DNA of 64,000 bases, from assembly GCA_963790475.1 (NCBI GenBank), contig CAWBOS010000012.1:128001-192000 (forward strand), read 5' to 3'. Within the stretch, counting starts at the first letter, position 1. Each line of letters begins with the position of its first letter. The notes under the pieces are model-generated. The model was not told where the DNA came from. It worked only from the letters and a program-made list of their open reading frames with translations, and ran no database searches. The position numbers and the translations under genes are program-made. Of the stretch, positions 9,853 through 20,473 are shown in pieces. Origin of the DNA: an uncultured delta proteobacterium (lineage in GTDB: Bacteria > Desulfobacterota > RBG-13-43-22).

Positions 9853-11103
9853 ATGGAATCGTTAAATTCTTTTAAGATCGCCCAGGAGCAGGTGGAAATA
9901 GCCGGCCGGTATCTCCAGGTGGAGAAAGGTGTGCTGGAGATGCTCAAACAGACCAAGCGGGAGGTGATCGTCCATTTCCCGGTTAAAATGGACGATGGCA
10001 AGATGCGGGTCTTTACCGGGTACAGGGTGGTTCACTCTCCGGCCCGGGGTCCGGCCAAAGGAGGTATCCGATATCACCCGGATGTGGATCTGGATGAAGT
10101 GCGGGCCCTGGCGATGTGGATGAGCTGGAAGACGGCGCTGGTCAACATCCCTTTCGGAGGGGCCAAAGGCGGAGTCCAATGTGACGTCAAGACCATGTCG
10201 CTGAAGGAAGTGGAGAATATGACCCGCCGTTTTACCTGGGAGATAGCCCCTTTTATCGGGCCGGAAAGCGATATCCCGGCCCCCGATGCCTACACCAATC
10301 CCCAGGTCATGTCCTGGATTATGGATACCTACAGTATCCTCAAAGGATATTCTGTTCCCGGGGTGGTTACCGGAAAACCGATTGAATTGGGCGGCTCTGT
10401 TGGCCGGTTGGAAGCGACGGGGAAAGGGGTTTTTATTACAGCCACCGAGGCCGCCCGTCATATCGGGCTATCCATCAATGGGGCCAGGGTTGTAATCCAG
10501 GGGGCCGGCAATGTGGGTGGGGTAGCCGCCCAATTTTTCCATTCGGCGGGAGCCAAGGTGGTGGCCATCAGCGATTCCAAAGGAGGACTTTACAACCCCA
10601 AGGGACTGGATATCCCCAATGCCCTGGCCTGCAAGCAGCAGTATCAGTGTTTCCTGACGGAACAAGTGAATTCCGTTAAGGTGACCAATGAGGAATTACT
10701 GGAATTGAAATGCGACATTTTGGTCCCTTCGGCCCTGGGCAATCAAATCAACGCGGAGAAGGCCTCCAAACTTGACTGCCGGATGGTGGTGGAAGGGGCC
10801 AACGGTCCGACCACCCCGGAGGCTGATAACATCCTCTATGACCGGGGGATTTTTTTGGTTCCGGATATCCTGGCCAATGCCGGTGGAGTCACCGTTTCTT
10901 ATTTCGAATGGGTCCAGAACCTGCAGGAACTTCTGTGGAGTGAAGAGGAAGTAGCCGATCGTCTGCAAAGGATCATGACCAAGGCCTTCAGGGAAACACT
11001 GGCGATCTCCCAAACAGAAAGGGTCCATATGCGTACGGCCGCTTATATCTTAGGTGTGGGCCGGGTGGCCAAGGCCGTACAACTTCGTGGGATCTACCCC
11101 TGA
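9853..11103 (+). CDS. gdhA: Glu/Leu/Phe/Val dehydrogenase (glutamate dehydrogenase)
   Basis: GPAKGGIRY, GGAKGG, DIPAPD, GAGNVG, EGANGP, VSYFEW. Confidence 0.92.
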   Translation: MESLNSFKIAQEQVEIAGRYLQVEKGVLEMLKQTKREVIVHFPVKMDDGKMRVFTGYRVVHSPARGPAKGGIRYHPDVDLDEVRALAMWMSWKTALVNIPFGGAKGGVQCDVKTMSLKEVENMTRRFTWEIAPFIGPESDIPAPDAYTNPQVMSWIMDTYSILKGYSVPGVVTGKPIELGGSVGRLEATGKGVFITATEAARHIGLSINGARVVIQGAGNVGGVAAQFFHSAGAKVVAISDSKGGLYNPKGLDIPNALACKQQYQCFLTEQVNSVKVTNEELLELKCDILVPSALGNQINAEKASKLDCRMVVEGANGPTTPEADNILYDRGIFLVPDILANAGGVTVSYFEWVQNLQELLWSEEEVADRLQRIMTKAFRETLAISQTERVHMRTAAYILGVGRVAKAVQLRGIYP

Positions 11104-11190
11104 TCCGGTTAAGCAGGAAATCGGGGGACGCCATATCTGTTTAATGTTTTCTTGGTTGAAATATAAGTATGGCGTCCCTCGATTTTGCAC

Positions 11191-11805
11191 CTATTTTAAT
11201 CCCGACTTTTTAATAATCTCTTTTAAGAACTTGGGGGCCTTCCCAAATCCCCCTTCCTGAAAGAAAAATTTTTCCAGAAGGCCTTGGTCATTCAGCCTGA
11301 TTCCAATAAAAGTAGGAGTGCCTTTCACTCCGAAAGTATTGCCGATATCGCTGTTCTGATCGGGTAAAAGAGGGAAAGTCACCTGGTATTCCTGTTTGAA
11401 TAAATTGATTTCATCCTGACTGTCACCAATACCGATGCCGATAATCTTTATTTTATCTTTTAGGTCAGCCCTTTCTTGTATGTTGCGGTAAAGGTTGTTT
11501 ACCAGGGGAGCTTCATGCTGGCAATGAGGGCAATAAGAATTTAGTATCTCAATAATCAAAACTTTGGTTTTGATTTGATTTAATTTGAACGTCCCGGAAT
11601 CCTCAAGTCCCAAATAGGTCCTGTCCTGATCACTTTGAGGATTAGAAAGTTCAAGGGCGTAAATTTTCTTGTTTTTATCTTTCGCTGGTTTTATTGATTC
11701 TCCAGAGGTTCCAGCAGCCTCGATCCCTTTGGAAAACAGACAGGACAAAAGGAAAACAAAGCCAATAAGAATAAGGAATAATAGTCTGGCGTTATTTTTA
11801 TTCAT
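11191..11805 (-). CDS. TlpA/redoxin family thiol-disulfide protein with N-terminal membrane anchor
   Basis: YCPHC motif, FPLLPD, GTP cis-Pro; hydrophobic N-terminus. Confidence 0.8.
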   Translation of the reverse strand: MNKNNARLLFLILIGFVFLLSCLFSKGIEAAGTSGESIKPAKDKNKKIYALELSNPQSDQDRTYLGLEDSGTFKLNQIKTKVLIIEILNSYCPHCQHEAPLVNNLYRNIQERADLKDKIKIIGIGIGDSQDEINLFKQEYQVTFPLLPDQNSDIGNTFGVKGTPTFIGIRLNDQGLLEKFFFQEGGFGKAPKFLKEIIKKSGLK

Positions 11806-12365
11806 ACCCAATTCCTTTCCTTGGTCTTAGAACCGATATCAGCAAAGTATCGAACTATTGGGTTCATCTCCGTCTTGGATTAGGTTCTTCCAAATTCAAG
11901 ATAACATTTGAAGATGCCTTGTATTACATGATGGTATGGCTTTCTGATCTTTATTTAATTTTCCGGCAAATGATCTAAAAAATATATACTGCAAGAACTG
12001 TATATGGGAAAGAATTAAACTGTATTTTTATCGGTGAGATCTTTGTAAATAAAAAGCAAGGGTCAGTCTCCGCTTGACTTCTGATTGTGATTCTTGCCTT
12101 TCCTCCTTTTTCCTCCTTGACCGTGTCTTTTTCGTTCCTTATCCTCTTAACATCAATAAGGGAATCCTTACCGAAGAGGTCATATGGCCCGGATCTTCGA
12201 TATTCCAAGACGCCCGGGGCTTGCTGCAGCGGCTGAAGGACATTAAATAATTCCGGAGACCGGGGGGCAGGTCTATTTCCTTTGCCTTCAATTTTTTCTT
12301 CACTTAATCCTCCCGGTTCACACCAAAACCTGACTGAAGAGTGCCTAGTCGTGAGAGAAATGGAT

Positions 12366-13367
12366 TCAGTTTCCAGCAAAGACCCCATTTGCCCGGACTT
12401 CTTCCTCAGTCGGCAAATCTTTTGTCCAATTAACAAGGATACGAACGAACAGGCCCGGGTCCTGGAGATGCATATTATGACCCATATCAGGTATATTGAT
12501 ACGCGAGAAGGGCTGCCCCGCTTTCTTCACCAGGGCCTCAACCCGGTCGATCTGGCGGAGGGTAGCAGCACCGGCAGGGCTGCCTGTCGCTTCATCGATT
12601 CTCCATAAATGGTGGGTGAAGAGCACCGGACATTTGACCCTGGCCAGCATACGCGCATGGTCGCAGGAGGCGCCCACACTGCCTGATAAAAAGGCTTTAC
12701 CCCATTCGGGATCGTATTCTTTCATGTTTCGTGGCGGTTCGGTTTTAAATTTTTCATAGTTGGCCAGAAATGACTCCAGGCGGTTGGCCGGTAGCAAATC
12801 CAGCGCGGCCTTCAACATCCCCTCCCAATCCCCGACGCACCACTGATCTCCAAGGTACTTGCTGTATAACTCAAAAACCGGTCCGGCGCCCTCTCTGATC
12901 GACGGCCCATAGGCGGGGTTAATTTCGGAAGAAAACAAAGGAGGATCTTCGTAGTGAGTCCCGCGTATCATCCCCGGAGGGGCATACGCCGACAGCCAGG
13001 CGGCAACGACGCCTCCCGAGGACAAGCCGCTGACCACAACCGGCCGCTTTACGGCAAAGATTATCAATTTTACAATGTCGTTTCCAAAATTGTCGAAGGT
13101 GTAGCGTCCTGGCGTCCGGCTTGACCGCCCCTGTCCGCGCAAGTCAACGGCAAAGGACTGAAAATGGCTGGCCAGCAACTCCATAGCCGGCTCATATCCC
13201 CACCATGATTCCGTTTGGCCGGGAATCAGCACCAGAGCCGGCTTATCGGGGGAGCCGTTTACTGCATAATTAATAAGAGTATCGCCCGTATCGAATAGGC
13301 GTTCTTCATACCGGTGTGGTTTATAGGTGATATCCGGAAAATCAGGCCCATATCTTTTTCTTGACAT
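12366..13367 (-). CDS. alpha/beta hydrolase resembling bacterial zearalenone lactonase ZenA
   Basis: GQTESWWGYE, DNFGND, GLSSGG nucleophile elbow, GDQW-x-GDW, KEYDPEWG, HNMH. Confidence 0.8.
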   Translation of the reverse strand: MSRKRYGPDFPDITYKPHRYEERLFDTGDTLINYAVNGSPDKPALVLIPGQTESWWGYEPAMELLASHFQSFAVDLRGQGRSSRTPGRYTFDNFGNDIVKLIIFAVKRPVVVSGLSSGGVVAAWLSAYAPPGMIRGTHYEDPPLFSSEINPAYGPSIREGAGPVFELYSKYLGDQWCVGDWEGMLKAALDLLPANRLESFLANYEKFKTEPPRNMKEYDPEWGKAFLSGSVGASCDHARMLARVKCPVLFTHHLWRIDEATGSPAGAATLRQIDRVEALVKKAGQPFSRINIPDMGHNMHLQDPGLFVRILVNWTKDLPTEEEVRANGVFAGN

Positions 13368-13498
13368 AAATCACCTCCTTGGTTAATAGGACGCCGGTAA
13401 CGTCGGTTCGAAATCTCCTGGTCACGATCTACCCTTAGCACCCCCACGCCTTTTCAGTCAACTTATTACCTTCGTCGCGTTCCTTTTCCCGAAGGTGG

Positions 13499-13700
13499 AA
13501 GAGGTATTTATTACACGTCAAAGGAAACCGGCGGCCGTGGTGATTAAATTTCATAGGGAGGACGACTGGTTCGACTGTAAAATGGAGCATGGAGAAGAAT
13601 TTCTCAACAGAGATTTGTAAAACTGGACGAATTGCCCGATTGAATAAGTTGTTTTAGCACCAGGTTCCCCATAAAAGTGCAACAGTATAGACCTGACCCC
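13499..13700 (+). repeat. dispersed repeat copy B: decayed Phd/YefM remnant plus RAYT end motif
   Basis: Translates EVFITRQRKPAAVVIKFHREDDWFDCKMEH...FVKLDELPD*; ends aaaagtgcaacagtatagacctgacccc. Confidence 0.75.
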
Positions 13701-13735
13701 AGAGCCACGGCCCGCCGTAAAAAGGGGAGGCTGTC

Positions 13736-15451
13736 TTAAATCTTCACCGCCGGTGGCTGATATTCACCGAAGACCTCTCGAAGAACATGACAGATTTCGC
13801 CAACGCTGGCATAAGCCTTTACGGCATCGAGGATAAAGGGAAAAAGATTCACCGACTCATCCTGAGCTTCTTGGCCGAGCCGCTTCAGGGTTATCTTAAC
13901 CTGGGTGTTGTCTCGCTCCCGCTTGACCCTGGCCAGGTTGGCAATCTGCTTTTGCTCCGCTTCTTCTCTTCTCGCGGGATCGTAGGGATGAAGCAGCATT
14001 CGGTTGGTGGTTACTTCAAGTTCATTCTCGCCGGTGAACCGATTCACCCCGACGAGGGTCCGTTCACCGTTTTCAATTTCCCGTTGGTACTGAAGAGCAC
14101 TCCTGGTAATCTCACTCTGCATATATCCATTCTCTATGGCGGCCACGGCACCCCCCATGGCCTCGATCTTATCCAGTATCTCCCAACTCTCGGCCTCGAC
14201 CTCGTCCGTCAAGGCCTCCACATAATAAGAACCGGCCAATGGGTCCAGAACGTCACCCAATTTGGATTCGAAAAGTATGATGCGCATGGCATCACGATTG
14301 AGTTGATGGGCCTCAAGGCTGTGCCCCAGTCCCAGGGGTTCATCGTAAGGGAAGCCCGTGCCGGGAAGGCCCCCCGTTATCGCTCCGGCCACACCGCCGA
14401 TGACCGACCGGACAAGGTTGTTCAGGGGACGCTGCACCGTCTTGGTAAATTCCCCTATGCTGGCGCCGACATTGGTTCTAAGAATCCAGCTTCTGGGGTC
14501 TTTAGCCCCAAATCTTTCCCGCATAATCCTGGCCCACATCCTTCGTCCGGCCCTGACCTGGGCAATCTGCCTGAAAAACTCCGGTCCCCCGCCAAAGATA
14601 TTAAAATGAAATCGGGGAACAAAATTATCCACATCCAGGCCGGCATCCAGACCGGTTTGTATGTAGGCGATGCCGTTGGCAGAGGTAAAGGCCAGCTCCT
14701 GGGCCAGGGTGGCGCCGGCGTGACGAATGTGATACCCGCAGATCTGAATCGTGCCGGCCTGGGGAAGACGCTCACTGCAATAGGTGAGGGTGTCCCTGAT
14801 CATCCTCATGGATGGCTTGGGTGGAAAAATATAGGTGCCGCGAGCCACGAATTCCTTTAAAATATCGTTCTGCGTGCTGACATTGAGTGCCTCTAAAGGT
14901 ACTCCCCTTTTCTCGGCCAGGGCGACATACATGGCTAGAATCACATTGGCCGGTGCGTTGATGGTGAAGCTGCTTCTTACCTTGGAAAGATCCTCCGGAA
15001 AGGCTTCAAAAACAACTTCCATATCCCTTAAGGTATCCATAGCGATTCCCGTCTTTCCTACCTCCCCTTCTGACATGGGATCGTCGGAATCATAGCCACA
15101 CTGCGTGGGGAGGTCAAAGGGCAGGCTCGGCGTTCGCTTTTGTCCACGAGAGGTCATGTCCAGGTAATAATCTCTGGTATCCTCCGGGGTTCCATAGCCG
15201 GAATAACCGCGGGCCCACATGAGCTCTGTGTTTTCATCAATAAGGGAAGTAGCGTATATACCGGAGGTGAATGGATATTCACCGGGGAACCCAACCTTTT
15301 CAATGAAATCATGTCCCTTGATATCAAGCGGTGTGTAGAACCGGTTCCGGGTTTCCGTGCGCCCCACTCTTTTCAGAGTACGCTTGAGGGTCCCCTCCTC
15401 CCATTCTTTCTTCTTGGCTTCGATCCTTTCCAGCGTCTTTTCATCGCCCAT
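13736..15451 (-). CDS. B12-dependent acyl-CoA mutase large (substrate-binding) subunit, divergent
   Basis: PGEYPFT, FDLPTQCGYDSD, GEVGK, QNDILKEFVARG, GYH, DPLAGSYYVE, VGVN; RBS before MGDEK. Confidence 0.85.
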   Translation of the reverse strand: MGDEKTLERIEAKKKEWEEGTLKRTLKRVGRTETRNRFYTPLDIKGHDFIEKVGFPGEYPFTSGIYATSLIDENTELMWARGYSGYGTPEDTRDYYLDMTSRGQKRTPSLPFDLPTQCGYDSDDPMSEGEVGKTGIAMDTLRDMEVVFEAFPEDLSKVRSSFTINAPANVILAMYVALAEKRGVPLEALNVSTQNDILKEFVARGTYIFPPKPSMRMIRDTLTYCSERLPQAGTIQICGYHIRHAGATLAQELAFTSANGIAYIQTGLDAGLDVDNFVPRFHFNIFGGGPEFFRQIAQVRAGRRMWARIMRERFGAKDPRSWILRTNVGASIGEFTKTVQRPLNNLVRSVIGGVAGAITGGLPGTGFPYDEPLGLGHSLEAHQLNRDAMRIILFESKLGDVLDPLAGSYYVEALTDEVEAESWEILDKIEAMGGAVAAIENGYMQSEITRSALQYQREIENGERTLVGVNRFTGENELEVTTNRMLLHPYDPARREEAEQKQIANLARVKRERDNTQVKITLKRLGQEAQDESVNLFPFILDAVKAYASVGEICHVLREVFGEYQPPAVKI

Positions 15452-15745
15452 GCTCTCACTCCTTCTCTTGAACCCCAGAGTTTTTTTTGGATTTCTCCCG
15501 GCTCTTTTGATATAACTTTCCTTTTTCAGGCAACCGGCATTAGGGCCAGGGTCCGGCATAAGAAATTGTATTTGACAAAGAGTAATTTCTAAAAAAGACT
15601 AAAATGGCATCCCATTAATGTCTTTATTTTTCTTTGAATCTTATTCTTTCTCTTGACAGGGACAATATAGAATGTCCCCCCCGAGGTTCCATTATTTCCA
15701 AGCACCTTCTGCCCGAACGACCCCTATTCTCCCCGGGTCGTGAAG

Positions 15746-16534
15746 TTACTTCATTTTTTTTATTTCTTCGACGATTTTCGGTAAGATTTCGCCGGTCTTG
15801 CCCTGAATGAGGTAGTCGGAAATGCCCTCCTGCGTAAGTGGCGTCGGTTCGGCGTTTACCTCAATAATGATGGCCTTTCCCCTATACCTGGTCACCCGCG
15901 GCAGACTGGCAAAGGGATAGACAACCCCGGAAGTCCCGCAAATAAGCATTAGATCGCATTTTTCCGCTTCTTCCAGGCTTCTCTGGGCCACGTAAGACGG
16001 GATCGGTTCTCCAAAAGCCACCCCATCACTCTTTACCAGGCCACCACACTTGGGACATTTGGGAGGAAGCCTGTCTTCATTCAACATGACCGTTAAATCG
16101 AATTGATCCCGAGGAAATCGCGCGGAACAGGATATGCATCTTAATTTCAAAGAATTACCATGATACTCCAACAGATTTCGATTCCCCGCTTTTTCATGAA
16201 GCGCATCGACGTTTTGAGTGATGACGCACTTTAGAACACCCAGTGTTTCCAGCATCGCCAGGGCATAGTGCCCCTTATTCGGTTTGGACGCTTCCAAATT
16301 CCCCAACACACTCGGAGTTGTCAACCTCTCTTTCCAATATTCCTTGGGGTCTTCAAGAAATTTCTCATAGCTCTTATAGGCCCTGCGTTCCCTATCAGGA
16401 TTTTTTGTCCAAACCCCTGATGGCCCCCTGAAATCCGGTATCCCGGATTCCGTTGACATCCCGGCACCGGTCAGGGCGATGGCATACCTGGAATCGACCA
16501 AATTCCTGGCAGCCCTTTTGATCACCTCTTCCAT
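15746..16534 (-). CDS. cobB: Sir2-family NAD-dependent protein deacylase
   Basis: GAGMSTESGIPDFRG, TQNVDALH, HG, two CxxC, GTS. Confidence 0.9.
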   Translation of the reverse strand: MEEVIKRAARNLVDSRYAIALTGAGMSTESGIPDFRGPSGVWTKNPDRERRAYKSYEKFLEDPKEYWKERLTTPSVLGNLEASKPNKGHYALAMLETLGVLKCVITQNVDALHEKAGNRNLLEYHGNSLKLRCISCSARFPRDQFDLTVMLNEDRLPPKCPKCGGLVKSDGVAFGEPIPSYVAQRSLEEAEKCDLMLICGTSGVVYPFASLPRVTRYRGKAIIIEVNAEPTPLTQEGISDYLIQGKTGEILPKIVEEIKKMK

Positions 16535-16613
16535 CTTTACCTCCCCCCCCTTATTTTGAATCGCTTCAACCGGACCCCAAAACTAAAAGAAAAGATCACT
16601 TAAGAAATAGACA

Positions 16614-17054
16614 TCATTGAGGTATGATTACCTGTGCTTTACCCACAGCTACTTTATCTCCATCCTGATCAGTGGCCCACAATTCTACTGCCACAAAATC
16701 TTTTCCTTTCTTCACCGGGTGGAGTTCGGACACATCGCCGCCATAGGTACAAGTTGAACCTACCGGTACGGGCTTAATCAGTTTGGCCTCAAAGGCCTTC
16801 ATGGTTCCGCCGGAAGAATAGGCCCAGTTAGTAATAACCTTGGTTAAGAGAGAAAGCGTCATTTGCCCATGCTGCACGGTTTCAGGAATACCAAACACTT
16901 GTGATTTCCGGCACCATTCAGGCGAACAATGAACCGGATTCATATCGAGCGAAGCTACCGCAAAGTGCCAAATATCTTCCTGACTCAAATGCTGCTGGAC
17001 TGTAGGTAATTTATCCCCGCATTTTATCGATTCAAAAGTAAGTCTGTTTTCCAT
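16614..17054 (-). CDS. MaoC-like (R)-hydratase/dehydratase
   Basis: DMNPVH...HG hot-dog motif. Confidence 0.8.
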   Translation of the reverse strand: MENRLTFESIKCGDKLPTVQQHLSQEDIWHFAVASLDMNPVHCSPEWCRKSQVFGIPETVQHGQMTLSLLTKVITNWAYSSGGTMKAFEAKLIKPVPVGSTCTYGGDVSELHPVKKGKDFVAVELWATDQDGDKVAVGKAQVIIPQ

Positions 17055-17103
17055 TTTTTGATCCTTCCAGAATGATTGAGTTTTGCAGAATATCCATTAT
17101 GGC

Positions 17104-17691
17104 TCAGGCTTCCAGAGCATGCTCTCCCTTTAAAAATCTCAGGACATCGGCCTTGGTCCTGGGCAAAATTAAAGTACTATAGTATATCATTTTCAGGTTT
17201 CCAAATTGATCGTAGATCCGGGACAAGGCTCTCATATAGTATTTCCCTCTCTTGATCCATTTATCATAGCTGGTCAATTTAAGGGTCAGTATATCTCCCA
17301 CCCTTAGGGGGTCATAATACTCGATGATTTGTCCCGGGTTTCTGGCCCCTGGGGTCCTATTCCAACTGCCATGTCCTCCTCCCTGTAAAAGATAAAACCT
17401 GATCTGAGTAACAAAGAGAGGGTGGGCCACGATCCCGTCATGGCCGCATTTTTTGGCATATTCCTCATCATAAAAAATGGGATTATCGTCAGGGACCCCG
17501 GCGGCAAAGGCTTTCAGGTCTTCGGCTTTCACTTCAAATTTGGTGGGTATTTCACTCTCCTCACCAATTTGTATCTCATCCCAGAATTCATATTTATCGA
17601 TCTGGCTTGGATCAAGAAAATCAGGGGTAAAATCTTTCTGTTTTTGTGTTGTGTAATATTTAGCCATTTCTTCCATGTAATCCATATTCAT
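17104..17691 (-). CDS. MaoC/FAS1-like dehydratase, N-terminal type
   Basis: FA...DDNPIFYDEEYAK...IVAHP; paired with the adjacent MaoC gene. Confidence 0.75.
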   Translation of the reverse strand: MNMDYMEEMAKYYTTQKQKDFTPDFLDPSQIDKYEFWDEIQIGEESEIPTKFEVKAEDLKAFAAGVPDDNPIFYDEEYAKKCGHDGIVAHPLFVTQIRFYLLQGGGHGSWNRTPGARNPGQIIEYYDPLRVGDILTLKLTSYDKWIKRGKYYMRALSRIYDQFGNLKMIYYSTLILPRTKADVLRFLKGEHALEA

Positions 17692-18049
17692 CTCCTTTTT
17701 AAAAATTGATTGCCTTCCTCTCCTCCATCATACACATCTTTGGGCTCTATTGTACCATTTTTCAAGCGTCCGTCAAACTGGGGAAGGTTCATTCTATCCT
17801 CCTTTTTGAGAGGTTCATTAAACTTATTGGTTGGGGCAAGGAGTCACCCATTACCAAGCACAAAAGTGCAACAGTATAGACCTGACCCCCGGTCCCCCAC
17901 TTTTGACTTTTGATTGTGATTCCGGAAGAGAAAGAATAGGATCGGAGCCCTGAAGAGGCAATATAATCTGAGGTTTCAAAAGATACAAGATTTATAAGGA
18001 AGGGCTTAAGATAGGTCAACGGAGACCCCTTTTCCTGGGGATCTACTCC

Positions 18050-18260
18050 TGATCCGGTTAAGCAGAAAAACCAAGGCTCGGAAATCGGCGGCCGTGCTGA
18101 TTGGATTTCATGACCAGGATGATTAGTCCGACTATAAAATGGAGCATGATGAAAAATTTCTGGGCAGAATTGCAAAGGCAAGAGAAGAAATCAGGCAGGG
18201 AGATTTGCAGAACTGGACGAATTGCCCGAGTGAATAGGTTGTCTTAACTCCGGCTTCCCG
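18050..18260 (+). repeat. dispersed repeat copy C: decayed Phd/YefM remnant
   Basis: KSAAVLIGFHDQDD*SDYKMEHDEKFLGRIAKAREEIRQG, then the shared 3' motif; tgatccggttaagcag also at 11101. Confidence 0.75.
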
Positions 18261-18339
18261 TCTTACGGGAAACCCTTTTCTTTGGACTTTTGTATTATTA
18301 TATGTATAATTCTATATATTTTAGCAAAGGAGTTTAGTC

Positions 18340-18621
18340 ATGCAGGTCGAGACCGAACGGATGATTCCCATCACTGAGCTGCAAAAGGAGCTTACCGGGA
18401 AATTAAGAGAATTATCCAATAACGAGGAGCCTCTCTTTGTCATGAGGAATAACTCGTTGGCCGCCGTAATCATTTCACCCTCCGAATATGAACTTCTTAA
18501 AGAGGCGGAAAACATTCTGGAACATTTCGAGATGGCGGAGATGATTGATCGGAGGCTAAAAAATCACAAACGGGCTCACAATATTCCTTGGGGAAAAGTG
18601 AAGGCTAAACGTGGCCTTTAA
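18340..18621 (+). CDS. Phd/YefM family antitoxin
   Basis: IPITEL...EPLFVMRN...AAVIISPSEYE; overlaps the toxin start. Confidence 0.85.
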   Translation: MQVETERMIPITELQKELTGKLRELSNNEEPLFVMRNNSLAAVIISPSEYELLKEAENILEHFEMAEMIDRRLKNHKRAHNIPWGKVKAKRGL

Positions 18622-18928
18622 AATTGAATTTCTTCCTGAGGCAGTTAAGGATTTCGACCGGCTTGGCGGTTCAGTCCGAAAAGAGGTAGCCAAAAAGATC
18701 GATGCCCTTTCGGAAAATCCATTTCTCGGAAAACCTCTCGGAAATAAAACGGGTTTGAACCTCACAGGATTTTTCAAACTCTATGCGGCCAAAAAGAAAA
18801 TCCGCATAGTGTACCGTCTCTTAAAGGATTACCTGGAAGTCGTGGAAATCATCGGGATCGGGAAAAGGGAGAAGGAGGAAGTTTATCAATTAATTTTAAG
18901 GCGTATTCAGGCCTTTCAGAAAAAATAG
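18611..18928 (+). CDS. RelE/ParE family toxin
   Basis: FKIEFLPEAVKDF, NPFLGKPL, RIVY, IGKR; GTG start. Confidence 0.85.
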   Translation: MAFKIEFLPEAVKDFDRLGGSVRKEVAKKIDALSENPFLGKPLGNKTGLNLTGFFKLYAAKKKIRIVYRLLKDYLEVVEIIGIGKREKEEVYQLILRRIQAFQKK

Positions 18929-19295
18929 CCCTCTGAACATTCTTAATAAAGGAGGGGGCGGCCGGCCTCTTTTTTTTTGTCAATTCGTTACTGTTTTAGG
19001 CTTTCGGGAGAGGTGATTAAGCTCTGGGAATTGGGCAAATTCTTGGAGGGAAATGCTCAAGGGAAATCAACTATTGAAATATTTGAGGTCGTCCCCTATA
19101 TCACGATATCCCTGACACATTAACTTTTGAAATTTCAGCAAGGGTGAAGAGGTTGGAAACAAGGGGGCAGTTCTAACACGTCCTTGCCCTGCAAGAAAAT
19201 TGCTCTTTCTTGCCTACGGAGATCCTTATTCTCTTGACGGTGGCCTTTTAATGGGTGACCCCATTGGTTAGGTGTATTCGGGAAAGACCGCCTCT

Positions 19296-20435
19296 TTATT
19301 CAAATTCACCGTTCCATAACCGTTCGATGAACATTTGCCAGGGAATCGATTCGATCTTTTTTGTCAACTGACGCGGCTGCTTTTCCAGGCAAACCAAACA
19401 ACATTTTTTAACCGGTCCGTCATCTAACAGGGCCTGCAAAGAACCGATATCGCTTTCGTGAATGCGGGATGAACCTTTTACTTCCAGTGCCAGCGCCTTG
19501 TCATTAAGAATGAAGTCCACTTCACGTCCGGTTGATGTCCGCCAGAAGGTTATGGACATTTCGGGGTTGCGGTAGGCTTGGTAGGCTTTTAATTCCATCA
19601 AAATATAGTGTTCGAAGGCCTTGCCGAATTCAGAGCTCCCGATTTTAGGTTGATGTCTGGCCAAATAATTGGCTATACCCACATCCAATAAATAAAATTT
19701 TTCGGTAGTGATCATGCGCCGGTTTTGCGACTTCTTCCACGGAGGAATCCTGAACCCCAGATAAGTATCTTCCAAAATATCGAAATAAGTACGGACCACT
19801 CTATGGGAAACCCCTGTTTCCCGGGCGATGTTCACATAATTGATCAGCTCGCTGGAGGTAATCGCCGCCACCCTTAGAAATTCATTAAAGGCAGGAATAT
19901 TTTGAGTAAGGGCTTCAGCAACGATTTCCTCTTTAAGGTAATCGGCAACATAAGAGCGTATTTCTTCGATAGGATCGGGGGAGAGAAAGTGGGGCGGGAG
20001 CAGCCCGGAAACCATAATTCGTTCCAGACTAAAACCGGTTACTTCTTCATAGGAAAGGGGGGTCATGGTCCTTCGCCAGGCCCGGCCGCCTAACAGGTTC
20101 GCATGTCCCCGGCGCAATTTGCGGGCGCTGGAGCCGGTTAATAAGAACGATAAATTTCTATTTTCAATAAGCCAATGGACTTCATCGAGAAGAGGAGGTA
20201 TTTTTTGAATTTCGTCAATGACGATGAGGCCTTTGTGATTTTGATAGCGTTCTCGCAAAAGCGCCGGACGGGTGATATATTCCGCTAAAACGTCGGTTTT
20301 CAACAAATCGATAATCTCGACGCCTGACAGGGTATGGGAAATCCAATAGGTTTTCCCGACTTGGCGCGGACCCCATAGAAAAGCGGATTTTCCGCGAGGT
20401 AAGTTGAGGTCAAAAAGTCTCTTTTTAATTTTCAT
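19296..20435 (-). CDS. AAA_14 ATPase with DUF4143 domain
   Basis: GPRQVGKT, DEIQK, TGSS, LLGGRA, KFYLLDVG, EVDF, EVK. Confidence 0.88.
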   Translation of the reverse strand: MKIKKRLFDLNLPRGKSAFLWGPRQVGKTYWISHTLSGVEIIDLLKTDVLAEYITRPALLRERYQNHKGLIVIDEIQKIPPLLDEVHWLIENRNLSFLLTGSSARKLRRGHANLLGGRAWRRTMTPLSYEEVTGFSLERIMVSGLLPPHFLSPDPIEEIRSYVADYLKEEIVAEALTQNIPAFNEFLRVAAITSSELINYVNIARETGVSHRVVRTYFDILEDTYLGFRIPPWKKSQNRRMITTEKFYLLDVGIANYLARHQPKIGSSEFGKAFEHYILMELKAYQAYRNPEMSITFWRTSTGREVDFILNDKALALEVKGSSRIHESDIGSLQALLDDGPVKKCCLVCLEKQPRQLTKKIESIPWQMFIERLWNGEFE

Positions 20436-20442
20436 AATAAAA

Positions 20443-20473
20443 GCAATTTATCCGGATAAATTGCCTTTGTCAA
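20443..20473 (-). promoter_or_regulatory. sigma70 promoter overlapped by a perfect 22-bp palindrome
   Basis: TTGACA-N17-TAAATT on minus strand; gcaatttatccggataaattgc at 20443-20464. Confidence 0.7.

Noticed and set aside
11975-12360. 153-aa ORF / possible RAYT remnant (LEYRRSG...LIDV) next to a ggggtcagtct motif
   Set aside because: Resemblance too weak to call without a search.
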